NCBI GenBank assembly: GCA_002104945.1
Contig: MCFH01000068.1
Coordinates: forward strand, 62,001-126,000
DNA: 64,000 nucleotides
DNA from: Piromyces finnis finn
Taxonomy: Eukaryota; Fungi; Neocallimastigomycota
Direction: 5' to 3'
In this document: positions 22,702-33,406 of the stretch, one piece after another
How positions within the stretch are numbered: position 1 is the first letter of the stretch
How the letters are laid out: each line of letters opens with the position of its first letter
The notes under the pieces: model-generated
Database searches by the model: none
The model's input: only the letters and a program-made list of their open reading frames with translations
What the model was told of the DNA's origin: nothing
Program-made: the position numbers and the translations under genes

Positions 22702-24842
22702 TGACAGAACAACATTCCTAATTTCCTCAATAGAAATGGGACCATTTATATCCCATGCTATTTGATTGATATGATTGAATTGGAAGGCTCTTTCCCAGTA
22801 ACCCCGATTTAAGCTATTATTTGTAACATCAGATGCAAGATTTTCATAATGTTCAGCCCAACGTTTTAATTGTTCTTGAGGAGTAAATAAATCCTTGCCA
22901 TTCTTGTCCTTAATAGTTGAAACATGAAAGGACGAATAACTTGACTTGGAAAGTTTTTTAAGCCGTTTCCAACCTTGTCTAAAGCTTTTATCAATAAAAT
23001 ATTTGCCAATAGAGACAATGTTAGCTTTATAGATATTAGATCTGAATTTATTCTTAATCTTTTATATTTTTGATGGTATTACATAGATTTTGGTATATGG
23101 AGAACTGGTTAAGATAATTTTCCATGTCAGCGCAATCTGAAAGGGACTTAATATTTTTGTAAGCCAGGTGTTTTTCATGTGATAGGTTTTTGATGTATTG
23201 AGGGAAATGGAATGCTGGACCTTTTAAATCTGCAGGCATAATGGCTTTTATATCTTTACCTATAGTTTTGGAGGTATCTAAAAATTTTGAAATCATATCG
23301 TCAGCCGAAAGGCTATCGCAATTAGCTTCAAGCTCGGAAGCTAGAACAGCAAAGCGATTACTAGTAAGAATGTCAGAACACTTTGTGTTACAGATATGAC
23401 TTGACCATTTAAAGGTCTTCTTAGGCTTTTTGAAACAATCAAAAGAGTCTTTTTTACAAGACACAAGGATCGGTTTGTGATCAGAAACATCGTGAAAAAC
23501 TTCGCAAACTGAAGATTTGTTTATGTGTTCTGTCATAGCTTTGTTGTATATAATATGATCAATGCATGAAGATTTAGAACCTTTTTCCCAAGTGAAATTA
23601 TTACCAGTTAATTCTGCCATAGTCCAATCCGGGAAGTGTTGTGATATATAAGATTTGATTTTAATAGCTGACATATTAAAGTCTCCTATAAGGATAGCTG
23701 GGTGGTTGAATTTGTTATGTGTTGTTAACCACTTATCAAGTTCATCAAAGGCAATTAATCTAGCATCCGGCCATCTAGTTTGCGGGAAGTAAATATTACC
23801 GATGGTACATCTCTGGTTCCAAAATGACAGTATTGTAACTGAAATGATGTACTTATAAAGAAGAGGTTCAGGAGTAAAGGAACAAGAGTTATGAACACCA
23901 ATGTAAAGTCCTCTCATACCTGGAACTTTAGGATTAGCACGTCTGTGTACTGGTTTATAGTTTGGTAGGCATGGGGAGGAAATTGCATTACCACAGAGGA
24001 ATTGGCTGTTACCTACTTCTTGAAAGAAAACACATACAGGTTTGAAAACAGAGATGAAGTATAAAATACCGTGCTTTTTCTTAGGGTTCCAACCATTGAT
24101 GTTCCAACAAGTACATAAGTTGAAAAAGGAAGCATTAGAACTTAAGTGACTAAAATAGAAATCGTCAGAGAGTGGACCAGTAGTGGATTTGATAGATCGT
24201 TTGTTTTTGTATGATCTATTGTTTTTGAGCTTATCAATGAATTTCCAAGATATTTTACTAGAGATTGGGAGTTTTTTAGAAAGTGAGTGTATAAGTAACA
24301 TGGCTTTAAGCGGGCATTTTCCATTGACTATTAAAATGAAATAGGTACCGAGTGATTGTGAATATTTTTTGGTGAGGGATTGAAGAATATCATTGAAAGG
24401 TTGAATGTCCTTTAAAAGAAATTCCATTAGTCGTTGTTTTGACCATGAACTAAGATCATGGATAAAAATTAGATATGATTTATTGGAGTTAGATCCGAAG
24501 AAACGAAGACCACGTCGTAAGGTAGGTACAGTACAATTGGTATTGTTCATTTTGAAAGAACTTATTATAACAATAGATATTAATAATTTGAAGTATTGAT
24601 ATAATGATATAAATAAGATAATGAAATAAAATATATAGTAAAATAAAAATAATAATAGTAAAGACGGATATATTATATAGCTAGTGGATTATTTGTAAAA
24701 CAATATTTTAAATTTAATACAGGAAAAGTGGCTAAGTTGTTGACAAACTTAGTTCTAAGTCTACTGAAGACTTTAAACGGGAAAATAAATTTTGAATATC
24801 TATCACTTTGGATTTCTGTATTATAACTGTATTTGAAAGCTC
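21803..24842 (-). mobile_element. LINE-A copy 1: 5' UTR, N-terminal domain, EN and RT; 3' part absent
   Basis: Near-identical to 43060-45899 and to 32542-33406 over the shared parts. Confidence 0.93.
23054..24550 (-). CDS. LINE-A N-terminal domain plus APE endonuclease (ends at a +1 frameshift before RT)
   Basis: WNING, FQEVG, IGDFN, SCIDH, VSDHKP motifs. Confidence 0.9.
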   Translation of the reverse strand: MNNTNCTVPTLRRGLRFFGSNSNKSYLIFIHDLSSWSKQRLMEFLLKDIQPFNDILQSLTKKYSQSLGTYFILIVNGKCPLKAMLLIHSLSKKLPISSKISWKFIDKLKNNRSYKNKRSIKSTTGPLSDDFYFSHLSSNASFFNLCTCWNINGWNPKKKHGILYFISVFKPVCVFFQEVGNSQFLCGNAISSPCLPNYKPVHRRANPKVPGMRGLYIGVHNSCSFTPEPLLYKYIISVTILSFWNQRCTIGNIYFPQTRWPDARLIAFDELDKWLTTHNKFNHPAILIGDFNMSAIKIKSYISQHFPDWTMAELTGNNFTWEKGSKSSCIDHIIYNKAMTEHINKSSVCEVFHDVSDHKPILVSCKKDSFDCFKKPKKTFKWSSHICNTKCSDILTSNRFAVLASELEANCDSLSADDMISKFLDTSKTIGKDIKAIMPADLKGPAFHFPQYIKNLSHEKHLAYKNIKSLSDCADMENYLNQFSIYQNLCNTIKNIKD

Positions 24843-27800
24843 TTTTTTTTTTTTTTTTTTTTTTTTAACGGCATCAAATATTTTAAACTTTATTATTAAT
24901 TTAATTAAAACTATAATACATGTAATAAAAAAATTAAATATAAAAATTAAAAAAAAAAAAATATGTTTAAATAAACACAAATGAATAAAAATTGGGTATA
25001 ATGTATTCTAGTAATTTTAATTAAAGTAAGAAAGCCACTATCATACTAAAGTATAATAATTGTATTTGACTTCCAATGGGACACCGAGCCAAAGATCAAA
25101 AATTTTGTCATGGAACAAAATTATGATCTCCATTGATTGCGCTGGCCCTCCTGGCCTGTCTTACTGTTTCATCAGCATTGACGCTCTTGGATGTTGCTTC
25201 AAACCTTTTGAACATTGACCATTGCTGGCCAATAGCAAAAGGCATGATTTTGTTAGAAGTTCCGCGGTTACCGTCAATAATGGTGTTCATTCGTTAGTGC
25301 CAGATTGAATCTGACGCTTACAAAGTTCTTTCCATTCCCTTGAATTGTAATTTAATATTCTTAAAACTTCTTCCCCCAAGAAGGAATTTAAATATTTTAC
25401 TGCACACACTAGAATAATCATACACATTAATATTCACCGGATTATTAGAACTATTACTATCATTAACTAAATTACTATCTAAATTAGAATTATTATCATC
25501 ACTATTGCTATCATTACTAATATTATTATTTCTATTACTACTATTGTTATTATTACTATTGTTATTATTACTATTGTTATTATTACTATTGTTATTATTA
25601 CTATTACTACTATTGTTATTATTACTATTGTTACTATTACTATTGTTACTATTACTATTACTGTTATTGCTATTTCTACTGATATTAACATTTTCATTAT
25701 TATTGATAGGACTATCGGAATTACGTTGATTGAAAAAATTTAATAGTTGGACTATGTAATCATAATATTTAATACGGATATCTCTAAATGTTGGACAATC
25801 TAATAACCAATGTTTAATACTTTGATCTCCACTCTTGCAACATGGACAGTAGTTAGGACAAACTGGATCAACAAATTTAGCAGCTTTGGCAACTCTAGCA
25901 TCCAACTTGTATCCGCTTCTTGCTTTCAATAGCCAGTAGAAGCCATAGGCAAACTCTGGGTACTCATAGCATAATTTAATAAAGTCTTTAGTTTCAATAA
26001 ATTTATTATCGTCATAATATTGCGCTTTGATTGAATTTCCTTTGAGATCTTTCCAATAAAAGTTTTTAACTGCTTTAACATCTCCATGCTTCTTTAGTTT
26101 TTTATCAAGTGTCCTACTTGATTTGCACCACGTGTATTTTCTAAATTTAGGAATGTAATTGACAAGGTGTGAAATAATACAATTTGAGTTTTTCCATTTG
26201 TTAAAACATCTAACCTGAGCTAATGCACATTTGGCTGACAATGGAGGAATATTCAAATCTTTTAAGATAGAGTATAAAGATATAAACGATACAGCTTTAT
26301 GAACTCCGGCAACCCATCGTATTCCTTTGTTAACATGCTTCTGAGCAATTCTAGACCTAGCTTTGTTGGATCCAAGTAATGGTGCAAAGTACGAAACTTT
26401 GCTAATCACTTTTGAGTTAAGTACTAGCTTTTTGAAAGGAATAGGAATATTAGGATTTCTTAAGAATTTACTGACTGAAAAAAGTCCTTTCAAAACCTTG
26501 TTATTAATAGCTTTAATAACTGGTTTAAGGGACAGATTCTTATCAAATGGAACACCAAGATAAGTATAACAATCAGTAGTTGGAATGGGTTGTCCTGCTA
26601 AGTAAAATGTTGGATCTCTCTTGTTCTGATTTTCTATTGATTCAGGACGAATCACCATCGTTGAACATTTCTGGATACCAAATTCCATTTCATTATACAA
26701 GGCCTATTCATTAACTCTTCTAAGCATCTTTTTTAAGCATCCTCTTGTTGGAGCACAAATAACTATATCATCTGCAAAAAGTCCACCACAGCATCGAGTG
26801 TCACCTAAACTGACTCCTAGATCTTCGCACTCTTTAAATATATCATTAATAAAGAGATTAAAGAGAATTGGAGAAAGTGGGCAACCTTGACGGACTCCTT
26901 TCTTCACATCAAAAGATTTCGAGAATTGTCCATCTAATTTGACATTAGCCTTAGATGTTAAATATAAATTTTTGATGAATTGTAAACTCTTACCTCGGAT
27001 TCCTAAACAATCTAATTTATGTAGGATATTACCGATTGGGACTGAATCGTATGCTTTCCTAAGATCTAAAAAGGCCAAATATGTCTCTTTATTATCTAAT
27101 TGACGTCTACGGCATATTTCTTGGATTGAAATGAAAAGACTGATACTCTCTTCCTTTTTTCGAAAACCAAATTGTTCAGGTCTAATGAAATTATTCTTTA
27201 AACCATATTCTGAAATTCTAGTGGTGACAATTTTGGAAATCAACTTAATACCATTATTGATAAGTGATATACCTCGATAGTTATCACAATCTGTCAAATC
27301 TCCCTTCTTAGGAATAGAAACAATACTGGATTAATTCCATGAGTTGGGGAAGTCTCCATCCCAAATACGGTTGAATAATTTAAGAATAAATTTTAAACCA
27401 TGAGCATCATTATCTGAAGTGGTATTACCGGAAGAATTATTATCTGTAGCATTATTAGAATTATTACTTGATGGAATTAATGCTTTGTAAAATTCAATTG
27501 GAATACCATCCGGACCTGATGCTTTATAATTTGGAGTAGAGAGGATAGCTGACTTGACTTCATCAATACTAATATCTTGGTTGATATCCCATTCATCAAG
27601 CATAGGAAGTGAAAAACGTTTATTCGTTGGTTCTTCATACCAATGCTCCAAATCAAAACTTACACCACTTGGATCTGATGCAAGATTTTCGAAATGATCA
27701 TGCCACACTTCTAGTTGTTCTTCCGTGGCAACAACTAATTCTCCATTTTTATTTTTAATTGGTTGAGCAATAAAGAAAGAATCTTTTCCAATTTTTGCAG

Positions 27801-28800
27801 TTTTCTTGATCCATTTCCAGGCCTTCTTAGGATTATGACTCTTCATATACTCACAACCTGTTTTAATCCAATGAAGATATTCTTGCTTCCTAAATTCATT
27901 ACATCTTTTGTGGATGTAATCAATGAGCTTACGGTAGATTTTAATTCTTTTAATAAATTCATCTATATCATAAATTCTTTCTTTTTTAAATCTCTTATAC
28001 AACTTCATTTTGATTTTTTGAAGATTAAAAATTTGTTGTGAAATATGAAATGAAGACTTTATAACGTTATTTGCTGAGGTAATACTGAGCTCGTCTGCAA
28101 TTGAAAAAGCAGTTGAAGTAAACTCTTTGGAAAGTTCATCTGTAGAAACATTAGGATCGTTGAATTTAGCTGAAAGTATTTGGAATTTATTATGACTGAG
28201 AATAGATTCCTTTTCCTCAATACATTTTAATCTATTCCATTTCAGAATTTTCTTAGGAACATTAAAGACATTAGAAAAATTACTCATAGGAATATGTTGA
28301 AGATCTTGTTGAAGTTGAATTTTATTAGATTTTAGATATGAATGATGATGAGATTGTTTAATTGGTTGTTGAAGTGGTTGTTGAATTAGTTATTGATTTT
28401 TATTGGAAACTAAAAATTTACGTTTGAGTGAAGAAAATGTGTATTTATAATTTCTTTTACTACAAGTTGAAAAGTAAATTTTAGAAATTGAAATTTTTCC
28501 TTAAGATGTGTAAAATTATATTACAGTCTTTCATTGAACCATAAACCTTGACTAAGAAAAAGTGATCATTGAAATTCTTCAAATATATAACACTAATAAC
28601 TGAATTAAAATTATCCTTCTGAATAACATCAAGTTTTTCCATAGCTTGCTAACTGACCATGATCAAATACCTCGAATAAAGGAGCTAATATTATCTAAGG
28701 AGATACCATAACCACGTCTGATATAATTCTTATCTTTGATATAAAGGATTGACATGATAATTAATTAATTCTAATTAAAAATGAATTGAATATATATAAA
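24843..28800 (-). mobile_element. LINE-B copy 2, defective: N-terminal domain present, EN deleted, nonsense mutations, expanded Asn tract, poly(A)
   Basis: ORF pieces 27331-28287, 26704-27297, 25318-26700, 25108-25290; TGG-to-TAG at 26704-26706; 28290-28745 translates to a homolog of the LINE-A N-terminus; 24-nt poly(A) at 24843-24866; 5' boundary approximate. Confidence 0.88.
25505..25680 (-). repeat. In-frame Asn/Ser microsatellite (15-nt unit encoding SNNNN)
   Basis: Repeated CTATTGTTATTATTA on the plus strand; shorter versions at about 18290-18480 and 58130-58330. Confidence 0.85.
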
Positions 28801-29225
28801 AAAATAAAATTATACATTACTATTAATTATTGATAATCTAGGTTTTATAGTTTCATAAACTTTATTAATATCATTTATGATAAATAACTACTATTATTAC
28901 TTTTAATTTAAACTTCATTTATTTATATATTTACATTGTGGTTTAAATATCTAATAAAAGTACATTTCAACACATTTAAATACGCATATTTCAATTATTC
29001 TACCAATAATAATAGAAATTTTTTTATATTTTAATTAAATAACATTTTTTAAAAGAATTTAATATTTTTAATTTCATTAATTTTATTGCTATTATAAACA
29101 ATAAAACTAAAATTTATTATATTAAAATTGTTTAAATTTATTATTAAAAAATATTCATATTCATAATAATAATATATTAAAAAAAAAATACGAATTTATT
29201 TATTTATTTACTTCTTAATTATTTA

Positions 29226-29972
29226 TTAAATTATTTCTGTCTTTTTTATTTTTCTTCTTTTTTTTTCTTCTATTTTAGCTCTTCGATCGATTCTAGCCAA
29301 ATGCCTTTTTGATTTTTTCCATAATGATCCTTCCCTTCTTTTATAATAATAATAAATGCCTACATCAGGTGTATTTACTATTTTTGGATTTAACTTATAG
29401 CAACTTATTCTAAATAATTGATCTTCTTCAATTCTTATATTTGTTGGAAATCTTATATTATTATCATCAAGAAACTTTCTTCTAAATATTGAATCATAAA
29501 CATATCCTTGTGGTGAAGTAAATTTTTTATGATGAACATAATTATCAGAATTATTAGTACTATCCACAAAAATTCCTTCAATAATATCATTACCTTCAGA
29601 ATATTTATATAAATTTTCGAAAAATTCTTTGTCAACATAATCATCACTATCAGTAAAACCTATAAAATTACCAACAGCTAAATTTATTCCCGTATTTCTT
29701 GCTATACTAGGACCTTTATTAATATCAAGATGAATAACTTTAATACGATTGTCAATCATTTTATATTTATTTAATATATTTAATGAGTTATCGGTTGAAG
29801 CGTCATCAACGCAAATAATTTCAATATCTTTAAATGTTTGATTTATTAATGATTTAATACTTCTATCTAAATACTTTTCATTATTAAATACAGGTACAAT
29901 AATAGAAATCTTTACTGAGTATACAAAAACTCTAAATAATAATATATATATAAATATTATATATTTTAACAT
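29226..29972 (-). CDS. Glycosyltransferase family 2 (GT-A), intronless, with N-terminal signal peptide or anchor
   Basis: KISIIVPVFN.EKYL..S..SL.NQT, IEIICVDDASTD, SIARNTG, FTDSDD (DxD); hydrophobic first 19 aa; basic C-terminal tail. Confidence 0.92.
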   Translation of the reverse strand: MLKYIIFIYILLFRVFVYSVKISIIVPVFNNEKYLDRSIKSLINQTFKDIEIICVDDASTDNSLNILNKYKMIDNRIKVIHLDINKGPSIARNTGINLAVGNFIGFTDSDDYVDKEFFENLYKYSEGNDIIEGIFVDSTNNSDNYVHHKKFTSPQGYVYDSIFRRKFLDDNNIRFPTNIRIEEDQLFRISCYKLNPKIVNTPDVGIYYYYKRREGSLWKKSKRHLARIDRRAKIEEKKRRKIKKTEII

Positions 29973-30499
29973 TATTATTATTATTAATAAAAATAATAGT
30001 AAATTATTTTTTTAAAATAAAATTAATTTATTCAATCGTTTTTTATATTGCAAAATTTAACTAAACTTTATTTAACATTCATTATTTAAATAATCAAAAT
30101 TATTATATATTAAAATTGTACTATAATTATGTCACCTTTAAAAATGTATTTATGTATTTTATACATTTTAATAACAATGAACTATGTTTTATTTTGTTAA
30201 GTAGTATTTTATATAAAGTATAAAAAAAGTATATATAAAAATATTCATTATAGAACAATAAAAATAAAATAAAATGTAAATATAAATATATAAAATAATA
30301 TATTTATAAATATTTTATAAAGTCATCTATGTAGATAAAAATTAGTAATTACATTGTTAAAAAAAATTTTAAAATAAACTCGTTTCAAATTTATAAATAA
30401 AATAATATATATTTGAGAAAGCTTTAAAGGAATAAAATTTCCCATTCTTTAATTGTTTAATTATTTTATATCTTTTCCTCCCTTAATAATTTATCTACA

Positions 30500-31390
30500 A
30501 AACCCTTTAATCACTATCTTCATCTTTATAAGAAGAAATTTCGAGTTTTCACATTCAGATCTCGCTAATAGTTGTTGTAATTTCATTTACACATTTTCAC
30601 CGACAGCTCTTGAACTCATCTTAACTGTAAATGAACCGTTATATTTTTTAATCTTTTCTTGAATAGCAAAAATAGCCTTTTCTAAAGTTTCAATATCAAG
30701 AGCCTTATCAACTGTCATAACATATAATGGTGGGGCAATATGCTAAATCTATTTATTGCTATTATTAATATAAAATGATTTTTTTATTAATTGTCTAGAT
30801 TCTTAAATTAATAATACAATTTAAATTCCCATCTTCTATGATTATTCTATCGATTTTTAATAATATATATGTAATATTGATAATTACCACAACGAAGCTT
30901 AATTGGTTGTGGAGTCATTCTACACTTAATCTTCTAAACCTTATATGGTTCACTTTATTAAAACGAATATCAAGTTTAGATTCATCGTCTCTATAAACAT
31001 TTAGTAAATCTACTAAAAACTTTTATAGTTTAACTTACTAGATAGCAGCCTTGAAAATATCATAAACATGACCGTATTTCTTGTATAATGACAACCAATT
31101 TGAACATATAAATCTTCAAGAGATTTACAGTAAATTTTATATTGCTTTTCAGCAATATGTCTCATAATACTGTGAACCTATTATCAATTAATATCAAGAG
31201 AATAATATATTAATTTCCTTTATATTAATTTCATTAATTACATAATTTATATGATATATACAATTTTGGATTTGGTGCATTTTTCTTCACGTTTTTGGAT
31301 ATCTTCAGCAGAAACATGTTTCTTAGAAATATCAATGTAACTTTTATGAAAGTTTTTTTGAATTTATAATTTGAAATTCCATCAATACTA
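30500..31390 (-). pseudogene. SUI2: Decayed, intron-containing eIF2-alpha (SUI2/EIF2S1) copy
   Basis: Exon pieces in the correct order: SYIDISKKHVSAEDIQKREEK (about 31270-31350), VHSIMRHIAEK...KKYGHVYDIFK (31050-31168), RMTPQPIKLR (about 30890-30925), IAPPLYVM...LEKAIFAIQEKIKKYNGSFTVKM (30510-30742). GTAAGT...AG intron at about 31012-31050; stops and frameshifts present. Confidence 0.78.
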
Positions 31391-32541
31391 CTAATTAATT
31401 TTTTTTTTAAAAAAAAAACATTTAAAATATAACATATCCAAATATGCATATATAAAATCAATTAATAATAATTGACTTTTCTATTTACTTTACAATTTAA
31501 GTAGAATTAAATTTATTAATTCTACTTAAATTATTTTTAATTTGATATAGAATAAAAAGTATTATATTAAGTAATTCGTTTATTATTAATAGTTTCAATA
31601 TTAGAACTGTAAACTGAAAATTGACATAATGTATTACTTGCACATTCATTTCAATTATTTTTCGATGAAATTAACAAGAATATATTTGTTGTAAGTTATA
31701 TATTCATATACAAAGTATCAAAAGTTCATGCTGTTTTATTCTTTAATGTATCATATTCAGAGTTATTTAATTGGAATATCTTTGATTTTATTTTTATTCT
31801 TTAGCTTTTTATAGTCAATTGTTATTAAAGTTTGTTACTTATTCTCTTTATTCTTTTATTCCTTTCTACTCTTCATATTTTGATTAGTCAGATAGATTTG
31901 TTTTTTCAGTTAGTTTGTTATTCCTTTCATTTATTCTTGAGTTTCGTTGTGGCTTTTATTACTTTAGTCATATTTAATCTTTTTATTTTTTCTACTTCTA
32001 TTTTTATTTTTCAGGCCTCGGCTTTTTTCTTTGATGTTTTTGTATGATTCTAGTAATGTCTTCATTTTTTTTTATTTTTTTTATTTTTTATTTCTTTTGA
32101 AACTCTAGATTTTCCAAGGAATCTCTTTCTACTAACATTCTTTTGTATTTTTTTCTATCTCTTTTTTCAATATATTTATATTTTATATTATATATATTTA
32201 TATAATTTTATTAGGTTTATTGTGGATTCTAATGGTAATTATTAATTCCTTTTTTTATTCTAACATTTTATTATCAAAGCTTCAATCTGGGAATATCGAG
32301 TATACTTTTTTTATAAATATTACTCATATTTCAATTTTATTTTTTAAAATTTTATTATGTTTACCTTATTTTTTCTACTTTTTATCCATTGTAATATGAT
32401 GTAACAACTTTTCACTCCTATTATTACTTTTTTTTCCAACATAAATTAACCTTAATGAATGTTCAAATTCAACAATCAGAATAAACACAATACAATAATC
32501 ATCCAATAAATAGTACCAATCTCATAAATAAAATAACATAC

Positions 32542-33406
32542 AAAATTCAGTTATAATACAGAAATTCAAAGTGATAGATATTCAAAATTTATTTTCCCAT
32601 TTAAAGTCTTCAGTAGAGTTAGAACTAAGTTTTTCAACAACTTAGCCACTTTTCCAATTATAAAAATTTTAAATATTGTTTGACAAATAATCCACTAGCT
32701 ATATAATATATCCGTCTTTACTAATATTATATTTTTTATTTTACTATATATTTTATTTCTTTATTTTTTTATATCAATATATCAATACTCCAAATTATTA
32801 ATATCTATTGTCATAATAAGTTCTTTCAAAATGAACAATACCAATTGTACTGTACCTACCTTACGACGTGGTCTTCGTTTCTTCGGATCTAACTCCAATA
32901 AATCATATCTAATTTTTATCCATGATCTTAGTTCATGGTCAAAACAACGACTAATGGAATTTCTTTTAAAGGACATTCAACCTTTCAATGATATTCTTCA
33001 ATCCCTCACCAAAAAATATTCACAATCACTCGGTACCTATTTCATTCTAAAAGTCAATGGAAAATGCCCGCTTAAAGCCATGTTACTTATACACTCACTT
33101 TCTAAAAAACTCCCAATCTCTAGTAAAATATCTTGGAAATTCATTGATAAGCTCAAAAACAATAGATCATACAAAAACAAACGATCTATCAAATCCACTA
33201 CTGGTCCACTCTCTGACGATTTCTATTTTAGTCACTTAAATTCTAATACTTCCTTTTTCAACTTATGTACTTGCTGGAACATCAATGGTTGGAACCCTAA
33301 GAAAAAGCACGGTATTTTATACTTCATCTCTGTTTTCAAACCTGTATGTGTTTTCTTTCAAGAAGTAGGTAACAGCCAATTCCTCTGTGGTAATGTATTT
33401 TCCTCC
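32542..33406 (+). mobile_element. LINE-A copy 2: 5' UTR, N-terminal domain and start of EN; joined to a gypsy integrase
   Basis: ORF 32831-33412 nearly identical to the start of 23054-24550; similarity ends at TTCCTCC, about 33406. Confidence 0.9.

Noticed and set aside
25505-25729. Poly-Leu membrane protein ORF
   Set aside because: Antisense shadow of the Asn microsatellite. Most other ORFs under 120 aa are similar shadows of retroelement genes.
31832-32160. Coding region (hydrophobic plus-strand ORF or K/R-rich minus frame)
   Set aside because: Low-complexity T-rich sequence with many stops on the minus strand and no recognisable motif.
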